From: an uncultured Alphaproteobacteria bacterium
GTDB taxonomy: Bacteria > Pseudomonadota > Alphaproteobacteria > RF32 > CAG-239
DNA length: 64,000 bases
Direction: 5' to 3'
Assembly: GCA_944390275.1 (NCBI GenBank)
Contig: CALXPL010000007.1
Span: 29,595-93,594, forward strand
Both the position numbers and the translations under genes were made by a program. Position 1 is the first letter of the stretch. Each line of letters begins with the position of its first letter. Under the pieces are notes generated by a model. The model was not told the origin of the DNA. It searched no databases and worked only from the letters and a program-made list of their open reading frames with translations. Positions 20,710-30,241 of the stretch are shown here, in pieces.

Positions 20710-21300
20710 ATGAAAAAAGGTTTGCTTATGGCAGTAGCCGCCGGCTGTCTTTGTGCAACGCAGGCTAGCGCAAAAATATGGCATCCGTATGTCGGTGTCG
20801 ATTATGTTTATAATGATGCAAAATACGATTCGCCTTATGATAAACAATTGGCGGAAAAGTTTAATTCATTTTCAGGAAGCGTTGGTATAAAGGTTACAAC
20901 GAATTTAGCGGTCGAAGCGTTTTATCAGCAGTCCATGGATGAAAATAGAACAGGTTACAGCACCTATTTAATTAATGATGGCGTCGATTCTTCCGTAAAG
21001 ATTAAAGGTTACGGTGTTGATTTGGTAAGCGACATGATAAATTTGGATAAAATTGAAGTGTTGACATCACTAGGTATTGCGCAATATACAGCCGATGTTA
21101 ATCGCAATTACTATTACGGCGGAAAGATGATGAACATCAAAGATACCTATGATGGTACGGGAATTCGTTTTGGTCTGGGTGCTCAGGTAAATATTACGGA
21201 CAGCATTGGTGTAAGAGCGATGGCTCGATATGTTTTAACTGATGTTGAAGCCTTAAAAGATATGAAAGAAGTAACCGTAGGTTTAAGATATACATTTTAA
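20710..21300 (+). CDS. Outer membrane beta-barrel protein (OmpA-like 8-stranded)
   Basis: Signal peptide, alternating beta-strand pattern, C-terminal VGLRYTF. Confidence 0.85.
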   Translation: MKKGLLMAVAAGCLCATQASAKIWHPYVGVDYVYNDAKYDSPYDKQLAEKFNSFSGSVGIKVTTNLAVEAFYQQSMDENRTGYSTYLINDGVDSSVKIKGYGVDLVSDMINLDKIEVLTSLGIAQYTADVNRNYYYGGKMMNIKDTYDGTGIRFGLGAQVNITDSIGVRAMARYVLTDVEALKDMKEVTVGLRYTF

Positions 21301-21316
21301 AATTATAAAGGAAAAA

Positions 21317-21343
21317 AACCGGCAGAAATGCCGGCTTTTTTTT
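21317..21343 (+). terminator. Intrinsic terminator
   Basis: CCGGCA-gaaa-TGCCGG followed by T8. Confidence 0.85.
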
Positions 21344-21550
21344 GTGTGGCAAAAATATAAAACAATGACGTAGGATAAAAAAATACATATTTTTCACAAA
21401 AAGAAATATATGCTTGCAATTTTATTTAGATAAGTTACAATGCGCGCATAATAAATTTAGGCGCAAAAATATAAAAATAAGTCGTAAAAATAGTAAAGAA
21501 GGTGGCGACTTGTTTCTTTTGTATGGATAAAGGGAAGGCTGTAAAGAAAT

Positions 21551-22498
21551 ATGAAAACGATAGTCGTAACGGGAGGAACCGGATTTTTAGGTTCCAATTT
21601 ATGTGCGAGATTGATAAGAGAAGGAAATAAAGTTATCTGTGTCGATAATAACTATACGGGGCGTATGTCTAATATTGAAACTATCCTTAACAACCCGAAT
21701 TTTAAGTTTATAGAACATGACATAATAAATCCCTTAAAATTGGATGAAAAAATAGATCAAATATATAATTTAGCATGCCCGGCATCACCTCCGGCATATC
21801 AAGGCAAGGCGGCTATTCGTACAACAAAAACCTGCGTTTTTGGTGCGATAAACATGCTGGAATTGGCTAAAAAAAATCAAGCTACGATTCTGCAAGCCTC
21901 AACATCCGAAGTCTATGGAGAACCTCTGGTTCATCCTCAAGTGGAAACCTACCGCGGCAATGTAAATCCCAATGGCATAAGAGCTTGCTATGATGAAGGA
22001 AAACGTTGTGCCGAGAGTTTATTTTTTGACTATTGGCGTGAAGAAGGTGTTGATATAAAAGTCATAAGAATTTTCAACACATATGGACCAAACATGGATC
22101 CCAAAGATGGTCGAGTTGTCAGCAATTTTGTCTGCCAAGCCTTAAAAGGTGAGGATATTACGATATATGGTGATGGATCGCAAACACGTTCTTTTTGCTA
22201 TGTTGACGATTTAATAGAAGCCATGATAAGAATGATGAATTCTCCGAAAGATTTTACCGGACCGGTAAATACAGGAAATCCGGGAGAATTTACGGTTAAG
22301 GAATTGGCCGAGAAGGTCATTGCGAAGATAGGCGGCACTTCCAAGGTTGTTTATAAAGATTTGCCCAAAGATGATCCGACACAAAGACGTCCGGATATTA
22401 CCTTGGCAAAAAGCAAATTAGGTTGGGAACCAAAAATACAATTAGATGAAGGTTTGGATAAAACAATAGCATATTTTAAAACACAAATAGGAGCTTAA
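21551..22498 (+). CDS. UDP-glucuronate decarboxylase (UDP-xylose synthase)
   Basis: [58 protein letters not shown]. Confidence 0.94.
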   Translation: MKTIVVTGGTGFLGSNLCARLIREGNKVICVDNNYTGRMSNIETILNNPNFKFIEHDIINPLKLDEKIDQIYNLACPASPPAYQGKAAIRTTKTCVFGAINMLELAKKNQATILQASTSEVYGEPLVHPQVETYRGNVNPNGIRACYDEGKRCAESLFFDYWREEGVDIKVIRIFNTYGPNMDPKDGRVVSNFVCQALKGEDITIYGDGSQTRSFCYVDDLIEAMIRMMNSPKDFTGPVNTGNPGEFTVKELAEKVIAKIGGTSKVVYKDLPKDDPTQRRPDITLAKSKLGWEPKIQLDEGLDKTIAYFKTQIGA

Positions 22499-22499
22499 A

Positions 22500-23798
22500 A
22501 TGAAAATAGGAATTATCGGTACAGGATATGTCGGACTGCCGACGGGAGTAGGCTTGGCAGAGCTGGGAAACGAAGTTATCTGTATTGATAGAGAGCAAAG
22601 CAAAATAGACCGTTTAAAAGCAGGAAAAATCACTTTATTTGAAGAAGGTTTGGAAGAGCTCTTTGAAAAGAATGTCAAAGAAGGCCGCATTAAATTTACG
22701 ACCTCGATGAAAGAAGGTGTCGAACATGCCGATTTGGTAATAATTGCCGTAGGAACGCCTCCGCATCCTGTAACGAAGGAAGCAGACATGAAATATATTC
22801 ATGCCGCAGCAACCGAATTGGCAGAATATTTAAAGGATTATACGGTCGTAGCAACAAAATCAACAGTTCCTGTCGGAACGGGAGATGATGTCGAAACCTT
22901 GATACGCAAGAAAAATCCGCAAGCAGATTTTGATGTTGTATCTTTGCCGGAATTCTTAAGAGAAGGCTTTGCCGTTCACGACTTTTTCCATCCGGACAGA
23001 ATAGTTGTTGGAGCTAATAGTGAAAAAGCCGCGAATGTTATAAAAGAATTATATAAACCCTTTGAGGGCAAAACAAATATGTTATTTGTGAAGAGACGTT
23101 CTTCCGAAACAATCAAATATGCATCAAATGCCTTTTTGGCAATTAAAATTCATTATATTAACGAAATGGCCAATTTCTGTGAAAAAGCAGGAGCCGACAT
23201 TTATGAAGTAGCCAAAGGTATGGGTTTGGATAGCCGAATTGGTAATAAGTTTTTAAACCCCGGACCGGGATACGGTGGAAGTTGTTTTCCGAAAGATACT
23301 AATGCCATGGCTTATATGGGACGTCGCAGCGGAGTTGATTTAAGTTTAATTGAAGCTGCGATAAAAGGCAATGACGCGCGTAAAGTTGAAATGGCAGAAA
23401 GAATTCTCGATTCGGTAAAAGACATTGATAATGCGGCAATCGGAGTTCTGGGATTAGCTTTCAAGGGCGGAACGGATGATTGCCGTGAAAGTCCGGCAAT
23501 GCAAATAATTTGCGAGTTGATTAACAAAGATGCTCAAATTAAGGCCTATGACCCGAAAGCAATGGAAAATGCCAAGTTATTGGTAGGCGACAAAATTTCT
23601 TACGCAACGGATATGTATGATGCCGCAAGAGCTGCCGATGTCTTGGTTATCTTGACCGAATGGGAAGATTTCAGAGGATTAGATTTGGTTCGCTTAAAGG
23701 GGATGATGAGACACCCGCGAATTGTCGATTTAAGAGATATGTTTGATCCAGAAGAAGTCCGTAGCTTAGGTTTTGAATATTCCTGCATAGGGAGATAA
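22500..23798 (+). CDS. ugd: UDP-glucose 6-dehydrogenase
   Basis: GTGYVG, IAVGTP, KSTVPVGT, PEFLREG, GYGGSCFPKD. Confidence 0.95.
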   Translation: MKIGIIGTGYVGLPTGVGLAELGNEVICIDREQSKIDRLKAGKITLFEEGLEELFEKNVKEGRIKFTTSMKEGVEHADLVIIAVGTPPHPVTKEADMKYIHAAATELAEYLKDYTVVATKSTVPVGTGDDVETLIRKKNPQADFDVVSLPEFLREGFAVHDFFHPDRIVVGANSEKAANVIKELYKPFEGKTNMLFVKRRSSETIKYASNAFLAIKIHYINEMANFCEKAGADIYEVAKGMGLDSRIGNKFLNPGPGYGGSCFPKDTNAMAYMGRRSGVDLSLIEAAIKGNDARKVEMAERILDSVKDIDNAAIGVLGLAFKGGTDDCRESPAMQIICELINKDAQIKAYDPKAMENAKLLVGDKISYATDMYDAARAADVLVILTEWEDFRGLDLVRLKGMMRHPRIVDLRDMFDPEEVRSLGFEYSCIGR

Positions 23799-23800
23799 AA

Positions 23801-24772
23801 ATGAAAAATATACTTGTCATGGGGGGAGCCGGCTATATCGGTTCCCATACGGTAAAACATTTGATGCAACAGGGGTATAATTGTATTGTTGCCGACAATT
23901 TAATATATGGACATAAAGAAGCCGTGCTTACACCGCATTTTGAAAAAGCGGATTTACTGGATAAGGCTTCCTTAAATGCAGTTTTTGATAAGTATGAGAT
24001 AGATGCGGTAATTCATTTTGCCGCATTTGCTTATGTCGGAGAGAGTGTTGAAAAGCCGCAAAAATATTATGAGAACAATGTTGTCGGAACATTGAATCTG
24101 TTGGATGTTATGTTGGCTCATAATGTAAAGAAAATAGTCTTTTCGAGTACTTGTGCCACCTATGGCGAACCGGTTTATGTTCCGATTAATGAAGAACATC
24201 CGCAACATCCGATAAATCCTTATGGCCGCACCAAATTGATGATTGAAGAAATATTCCAAGATTATGAGCGAGCCTACGGATTAAAGCACATAGCATTAAG
24301 ATATTTTAATGCAGCTGGCTGTTCAAAAGATGGAGAAATCGGAGAAAGCCATACTCCGGAAACACATCTAATTCCGCTGGTATTAAAAGCCATTAAAGGC
24401 GAAAGAAAAGATATCAAAGTTTTCGGAACAGATTATGACACACCGGATGGAACTTGTATTCGCGATTATATTCACGTTGAAGATTTAGCGCAGGCGCATA
24501 GATTAGCCGTTGAAAAATTAGATGAATACAGCGGTTGTATAAATCTGGGCACGGGCATAGGAACATCGGTAAAAGAAATCATAACTGCGGCCGAAAAAGT
24601 CAGCGGTAAAAAATGTCCGGTAGAATATAGTGAGCGTCGCGCTGGAGATCCGGCAAAACTCTATGCCGCCAATGAAAAAGCGAAAAAGATTTTAGGATGG
24701 AAGCCGGAATATACGAATATTGAAGAAATAATTAGAACGGCATGGAATTGGGAATTAAATAAAAGGTTTTAA
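23801..24772 (+). CDS. galE: UDP-glucose 4-epimerase
   Basis: GGAGYIGSH, HFAAFAYVGES, PYGRTK, LRYFNAAG, DGTCIRDYIHV. Confidence 0.95.
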   Translation: MKNILVMGGAGYIGSHTVKHLMQQGYNCIVADNLIYGHKEAVLTPHFEKADLLDKASLNAVFDKYEIDAVIHFAAFAYVGESVEKPQKYYENNVVGTLNLLDVMLAHNVKKIVFSSTCATYGEPVYVPINEEHPQHPINPYGRTKLMIEEIFQDYERAYGLKHIALRYFNAAGCSKDGEIGESHTPETHLIPLVLKAIKGERKDIKVFGTDYDTPDGTCIRDYIHVEDLAQAHRLAVEKLDEYSGCINLGTGIGTSVKEIITAAEKVSGKKCPVEYSERRAGDPAKLYAANEKAKKILGWKPEYTNIEEIIRTAWNWELNKRF

Positions 24773-24774
24773 GA

Positions 24775-25890
24775 ATGAAAAAAGTAAAAAATCTTATCGT
24801 TGGATGTGGTTTGTCCGGAATTGTTCTTGCTGAAAGATTAGCAGAAGATAAGAATGAAAGCGTATTGATAGTTGACAAGCGCGCTCATGTCGGCGGCAAC
24901 ATATACGATTATAAAGATAAAAACGGAATAACCATTCACCAATATGGACCTCATGTTTTTCATACGAACAATAAGGAAGTATGGGATTATTTAAGCCGTT
25001 TTACGGGGTGGCATAATTTTATGTATCGCGTAAAAGCGGTTTTAGATGGAAGGGAAGTAAACATTCCGTTTAATTTAGATAGTCTTCATAAAGTATTTCC
25101 TCCAAAATTAGCCGAGAAGTTAGAAAATAAACTAATAGAAAAATTTGGGTTTAACGTAAAAGTTCCGATATTGGAATTGAGAAAGTCTCAGGATTCTGAT
25201 TTAGAATTTTTGGCTCAGTACGTTTATGAAAAAGTTTTTCTCGGTTATACGGTAAAGCAATGGGGTGTAAAACCGGAAGATTTAGATGCTTCCGTAAGCG
25301 GACGTGTTCCGGTTTACGTTAGTCGTGATGACCGTTATTTTCAGGACAAATACCAAGCCATACCGGAAGACGGCTACACAAAGATGGTAGAAAGAATTAT
25401 TAATCATCCCAATATTGAAGTCCGTTTAAATACGGAATTTTCGCAAATAAAAGATGAGATAGAATATGAGAGATTGATATACAGCGGTCCGATAGACGAA
25501 TATTTTGATTACAAATTCGGAGAGCTCCCATATCGCAGTCTTGATTTGCAGTTTAGAGAATATAATAAGCCGTATTATCAAAGCGGCCCACAAATAAATT
25601 ATCCGGAAAATTATGATTTTACGCGAAGTGTAGAATATAAATATTATCTGGATGAGAATTCCGAAAAGACGGTCGTTTCTTTTGAATATCCGGAAGCCTT
25701 TGTTCAAGGTAAAAATGAACGCTACTATCCGATTCCTGATTCTGCCAATCAAGAATTATACAATAAATATTTAAACGAAGCCGAAAAAAATCCGAATATT
25801 TATTTTGTCGGAAGGTTAGGGGATTATAAATATTATAACATGGATCAAACCGTAGCCCGAGCTTTGGAATTGTATAAAAAGATAAAGTAG
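24775..25890 (+). CDS. glf: UDP-galactopyranose mutase
   Basis: VGCGLSG, GGNIYD, HQYGPHVFHT, LPYRSL, ERYYP, GRLGDYKYYNMDQ. Confidence 0.97.
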   Translation: MKKVKNLIVGCGLSGIVLAERLAEDKNESVLIVDKRAHVGGNIYDYKDKNGITIHQYGPHVFHTNNKEVWDYLSRFTGWHNFMYRVKAVLDGREVNIPFNLDSLHKVFPPKLAEKLENKLIEKFGFNVKVPILELRKSQDSDLEFLAQYVYEKVFLGYTVKQWGVKPEDLDASVSGRVPVYVSRDDRYFQDKYQAIPEDGYTKMVERIINHPNIEVRLNTEFSQIKDEIEYERLIYSGPIDEYFDYKFGELPYRSLDLQFREYNKPYYQSGPQINYPENYDFTRSVEYKYYLDENSEKTVVSFEYPEAFVQGKNERYYPIPDSANQELYNKYLNEAEKNPNIYFVGRLGDYKYYNMDQTVARALELYKKIK

Positions 25891-25913
25891 AGTTACAAAA
25901 AAGAAAAGAATAG

Positions 25914-25942
25914 AACAGCCCCAAAGGGCTGTTTATTTTTTT
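25914..25942 (+). terminator. Intrinsic terminator after glf
   Basis: AACAGCCC-caaa-GGGCTGTT followed by a T-rich run. Confidence 0.75.
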
Positions 25943-26151
25943 AAACATATCACACATAAAAGTAAGGGTTGTCAAAAATAAAAACTAGAGATTGTGTATA
26001 AGTAAAAATAAAAAAAATAAGGAAATCAATAGATTGAGAGGTTAAAGACAAAAGATAGTAAAACAAAAATAAATTAGCTTGCCTAAACCAAAATTTCATT
26101 TATGATGTGTAAAAAATAAAACTAGGTTTAAAATATACATTAGGAAAATAA

Positions 26152-27108
26152 ATGAAAAAAATAATGGTTACGGGGTGTGCCGGTTTTATAGGATCAAGCC
26201 TGACGGATAAATTATTATCAGAAGGAAAAGAAGTTATAGGAATAGATAACTTTAATGATTACTATGATGTAAAAATAAAAGAAGCTAATATTTTTCAAGC
26301 ACAACAAAATCCACATTTTAAATTATATAGAGTAGATATAGAAAACAAAGAAGACTTAGAAAAAGTATTTAAGAACGAAGAGATAGAAAGCATTGTTCAT
26401 CTTGCGGCAAGAGCCGGAGTAAGACCCTCAATAGAACATCCTTTAGAATATATAAAAACCAACATATTGGGTACCGGAAATATTTTAGAATTGATGAAAC
26501 AATATGGCATCAAAAAGTTAGTATTTGCCTCATCAAGTTCTGTTTATGGAAATTGTCAGGAAGAAAAGTTTCGCGAAGATATAAAGGTATCCAAGCCGAT
26601 ATCACCTTACGCGGCCACAAAATTATCTTGCGAAGGATTGTGTTATACATACAGTCATTTATATCAAATGCAAGTAATTTGCTTAAGATTTTTTACGGTA
26701 TATGGCCCGCGTCAAAGACCGGATTTAGCGATTAACAAATTTTCACGATTAATCGAGGCCGGAGAGAAAATACCGATGTATGGTGATGGCAGTAGTATGA
26801 GAGATTATACATACATAGACGATATTTTACAAGGAATAGAGGGCGCCATCAATTATAATCAGACAAACTATGAAATCATCAACATAGGAGGAGGCTCTCC
26901 AATAAGTTTAAGAACAATGATAGAGACATTGGAAGAAGTAATAGGGAAGCCTGCTCAGATAGAAGAATTGCCAATGCAAGCCGGAGATGTCAACAAGACG
27001 GTTTCGGATATAAGTAAAGCCCGATTACTTTTAGGATATAAGCCGAGTACGACATTTAAAAGCGGCATAGAACAATATAGGAAATGGAGAAAGAGTCATG
27101 TCAACTAA
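26152..27108 (+). CDS. UDP-glucuronate 4-epimerase-like SDR
   Basis: TGCAGFIG, HLAARAGVRPS, ASSSSVYG, PYAATK, RFFTVYGPRQRPD. Confidence 0.88.
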   Translation: MKKIMVTGCAGFIGSSLTDKLLSEGKEVIGIDNFNDYYDVKIKEANIFQAQQNPHFKLYRVDIENKEDLEKVFKNEEIESIVHLAARAGVRPSIEHPLEYIKTNILGTGNILELMKQYGIKKLVFASSSSVYGNCQEEKFREDIKVSKPISPYAATKLSCEGLCYTYSHLYQMQVICLRFFTVYGPRQRPDLAINKFSRLIEAGEKIPMYGDGSSMRDYTYIDDILQGIEGAINYNQTNYEIINIGGGSPISLRTMIETLEEVIGKPAQIEELPMQAGDVNKTVSDISKARLLLGYKPSTTFKSGIEQYRKWRKSHVN

Positions 27109-29059
27109 TCCCAGTGTTAAAATATTAGTAGGCTATCACAAAAAAGATAAATTATTAAAAGATGAAATATTAGTACCGATACATCTAGGTAGAGCATTGG
27201 CAACAGAAGCATCTAAAGACGGAGAGATGAGTCAAGAAGACTATCAATGGATGTTAGAAAACATGATAGGAGACGATACAGGAGAAAATATATCTCATCT
27301 GAATAGAATATTCAATGAAATGACAGGTATCTACTGGGCATGGAAAAATTATGATAAATTAGGCAATCCAGATTACATTGGTTTTATGCATTATCGAAGA
27401 TTATTTATATTTGATATGAGTATTTTAGAACAGCAAGTTGATAATGAGAATGGATGTTATAAAGTAAGAGGATGGAATGATGTCAATATTGATTCTTATA
27501 AGAATTCTATAAGCAGCATATTAAAAAAAGATACTGTTTGTGATATAATGATACCCCAAGCAAGAAAACAAGATATTAGTGTTAAAACACAATTTTTAGA
27601 ATCTCATCCTCATTTGGAAAATAATTTAAATATATTGCTAAAAATATTAGATGAAAATAAACAATATAAAGACATTAGTCAGAAATATTTTGAGGGAAAA
27701 GAGCAATATTGTTATAATATGTTTATAATGAAAAGAGAAGAATTCTTTCATTATTCGGATTTTATATTTAATATATTATTTAACTTATATCATCAGGTTA
27801 CAAAGCTTCCAGAGTTCGACAAATATAATGTAAATGACTTACGGTCAGTTGCTTTCTTGAGTGAAAGGTTAAGTGGTATATATTTCAAATCTCAAATACA
27901 CAAGTATAAAAATGATTATAAAGAACTTCCTATAGCATTTATAGAAAGTACTCAAGAAACTGTCATGCCATATTATTCTGAAAATAATATTCCAATTGTA
28001 ATGACAACAGATGAAAATTTTGTTCCTTATGTAGCTGTCACAATACAGTCGATAGTAAAGAATTCTTCAAGCAAAAATAATTATGACATTGTAGTTTTGC
28101 ATGATGGAATATCCGAAATTTCTAAAAAGCGTTTATTAGAAGTGATACAAGCAAAAAATAATTTTATTATACGATATATAGATATTCGTCCATATATAGA
28201 AAATTATACTTTAAAAAGTCGATTAAGACACATCAGTAAAGCAACATTTTATCGTTATGTAATACCAGATGTAATGCCACAATATAAAAAGGCAGTATAT
28301 TTAGATACAGATACAGTTGTTTTAAAGGATATCGCAAGTTTATACAACCAGAATATAGAAGGTTTTTATTTTGGAGCATGTCATGATGTGATAATTATGC
28401 AAAATATTGAGTTGGGAAAAAATAAACTCGATTATTTTGAAAATATAGTAAACATAAAAAATCCGTATGATTATTATTTTCAAGCAGGAGTACTGTTATT
28501 TAATATAGAATTAATGAGACAAGATAATATTGTTAAAAGTATGTTGGAAACAGCACAAGAAGGGATTTATATCTATTCTGGTCAGGATCCAATGAATAAA
28601 GTTTGTTGGAAAAAAACAAAATTTATATCCTATGAATGGAATTTTACAAATTTTATTGTTGAAGAAGGAAGTATTCAAAAAATTCCGAATAAATATTACG
28701 AAATGTATATTCAGACATCTTCTTCTCCAGCCATAATTCATTATGCTTCACATATCAAACCTTGGAATACTCCTAATTCGTATAAAGCTTCAGAATGGTG
28801 GAAGTATGCAAAGGAAACGCAATATTATGAAGAAATAATATATAAGAATGCTACTAAACGCATCATTCAAAAAGTAAATGAAAATATCGACATAGAAATA
28901 ATAAAGGAAGCATTTCATTATGGTAAAAGTAAGATAAAATACTGGCGATATAAAATTTTATCAAAGCTCACATGGGGTAAGAAGAAAAAAAGATATCGCC
29001 AAAAAAGAATAGAACTAAAACATAAATTACGCCAGATAAGAAAGTTTTTAAAAATATAA
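27098..29059 (+). CDS. Two-domain glycosyltransferase: DUF4422 (GT111-like) + GT8
   Basis: N-terminal ILVGYHK, GDDTGENISHLN...NEMTGIYWAWKN, IGFMHYRR; C-terminal ATFYR, YLDTD, FQAGVLL, QDPMN, IIHYASHIKPW. Confidence 0.88.
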   Translation: MSTNPSVKILVGYHKKDKLLKDEILVPIHLGRALATEASKDGEMSQEDYQWMLENMIGDDTGENISHLNRIFNEMTGIYWAWKNYDKLGNPDYIGFMHYRRLFIFDMSILEQQVDNENGCYKVRGWNDVNIDSYKNSISSILKKDTVCDIMIPQARKQDISVKTQFLESHPHLENNLNILLKILDENKQYKDISQKYFEGKEQYCYNMFIMKREEFFHYSDFIFNILFNLYHQVTKLPEFDKYNVNDLRSVAFLSERLSGIYFKSQIHKYKNDYKELPIAFIESTQETVMPYYSENNIPIVMTTDENFVPYVAVTIQSIVKNSSSKNNYDIVVLHDGISEISKKRLLEVIQAKNNFIIRYIDIRPYIENYTLKSRLRHISKATFYRYVIPDVMPQYKKAVYLDTDTVVLKDIASLYNQNIEGFYFGACHDVIIMQNIELGKNKLDYFENIVNIKNPYDYYFQAGVLLFNIELMRQDNIVKSMLETAQEGIYIYSGQDPMNKVCWKKTKFISYEWNFTNFIVEEGSIQKIPNKYYEMYIQTSSSPAIIHYASHIKPWNTPNSYKASEWWKYAKETQYYEEIIYKNATKRIIQKVNENIDIEIIKEAFHYGKSKIKYWRYKILSKLTWGKKKKRYRQKRIELKHKLRQIRKFLKI

Positions 29060-29118
29060 AAGATATAAATAGAATATGTAATTTTCAAATAGGCAATCAG
29101 AGAGTTAGAGACATATTA

Positions 29119-30210
29119 ATGAAGGACAAAAATATTAAAATAAATTATATTACGAAAGGAACAATAAATACAGGTTCAACAAGGTTACGAGTAATTAAGG
29201 TATCAGATATTTTAAAACATCGTAGCTTAAAGATTTTAATAAATGGCGATATTAAAAATTCTCACATTGTAATACTACAAAAAAGTTATCCTGTAAGTTT
29301 TTTATTTCAAAAATTTATAGAGTGTCGATTAGCAAATAAATATATAGTATTTGATATAGATGATTTTTTTCCGGAATTTTTACCTTTTGTAAAGTACTCA
29401 GATTGTGTGATTGTTTCAACAAATACTCTAAAGGATGTTTTAGCCCATTTAAATAGTAATATATTTGTTGTTGAAAATCCTATCGATATATTAAAAGAAA
29501 GAGATGTAAAAACTCAATTTTCAGAAGATATTAAAGTTTGTTGGTTCGGATATCATGTGAACAGCTATATTTTGAATAAGAAAAAGATTAATGATGTTAC
29601 AATTATATCTGATAAAGGCGATATTCTATGGAACGAAGATACAATAGATGAAAATATACAAAAGTTTGATTTATGTGTTATTCCTCAAGAAAAAAATATA
29701 CATACTTTATGCAAAACGCATTGTCGGATGTTAAAATGTTTGTATTTAGGAGTTCCTGTTTTGGTATCAGACATGCCTGAATATATTGAATTAGCGGAAA
29801 TTGTTCACTATCCAAAAGAATTTATCTTAAAAGATACTGATGATTGGAACGAAACAATAAAGAAAATAAAAAATAATCAGTTAAAATTATCATTTGATTT
29901 TTTGCAATGTCGAAAAATTTTATTAGAAAAATTTAATGCAGAAGTAATAGCTGAAAAATACTTTAATACTGTATATAATAATTATATAAAAAATCATACA
30001 AGTGCAAGTAAAAATACGTTAACAACGAAATTGTTAAGAGATTTTCAGTTAATAAATAATACAAAAAGACAAGCAAAAAAATACAAAAACACATATAGAT
30101 TAAAGTACATTTTTTCTTTTGGCAAAAAACGAGAAATATACAAACAACTATACTGTTTTTTTAAACAGCAGTTAAAACAGTCAAGAAATAGAGCCAAAGC
30201 GATACAATAA
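29119..30210 (+). CDS. Putative glycosyltransferase (GT-B/GT4-like)
   Basis: GSTRLR, VFDIDD, VCWFG, KCLYLGVPVLVS patterns; located in the glycan cluster. Confidence 0.65.
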   Translation: MKDKNIKINYITKGTINTGSTRLRVIKVSDILKHRSLKILINGDIKNSHIVILQKSYPVSFLFQKFIECRLANKYIVFDIDDFFPEFLPFVKYSDCVIVSTNTLKDVLAHLNSNIFVVENPIDILKERDVKTQFSEDIKVCWFGYHVNSYILNKKKINDVTIISDKGDILWNEDTIDENIQKFDLCVIPQEKNIHTLCKTHCRMLKCLYLGVPVLVSDMPEYIELAEIVHYPKEFILKDTDDWNETIKKIKNNQLKLSFDFLQCRKILLEKFNAEVIAEKYFNTVYNNYIKNHTSASKNTLTTKLLRDFQLINNTKRQAKKYKNTYRLKYIFSFGKKREIYKQLYCFFKQQLKQSRNRAKAIQ

Positions 30211-30241
30211 AGAAGCGATAAAGCCGGAAAGGGCTCAACTT

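Noticed and set aside
21442-21550. ops/JUMPstart element or riboswitch before the sugar genes
   Set aside because: GGTGGCG does not match ops GGCGGTAG, and the short AAGTCG/CGACTT pairing fits no riboswitch family I recognise.
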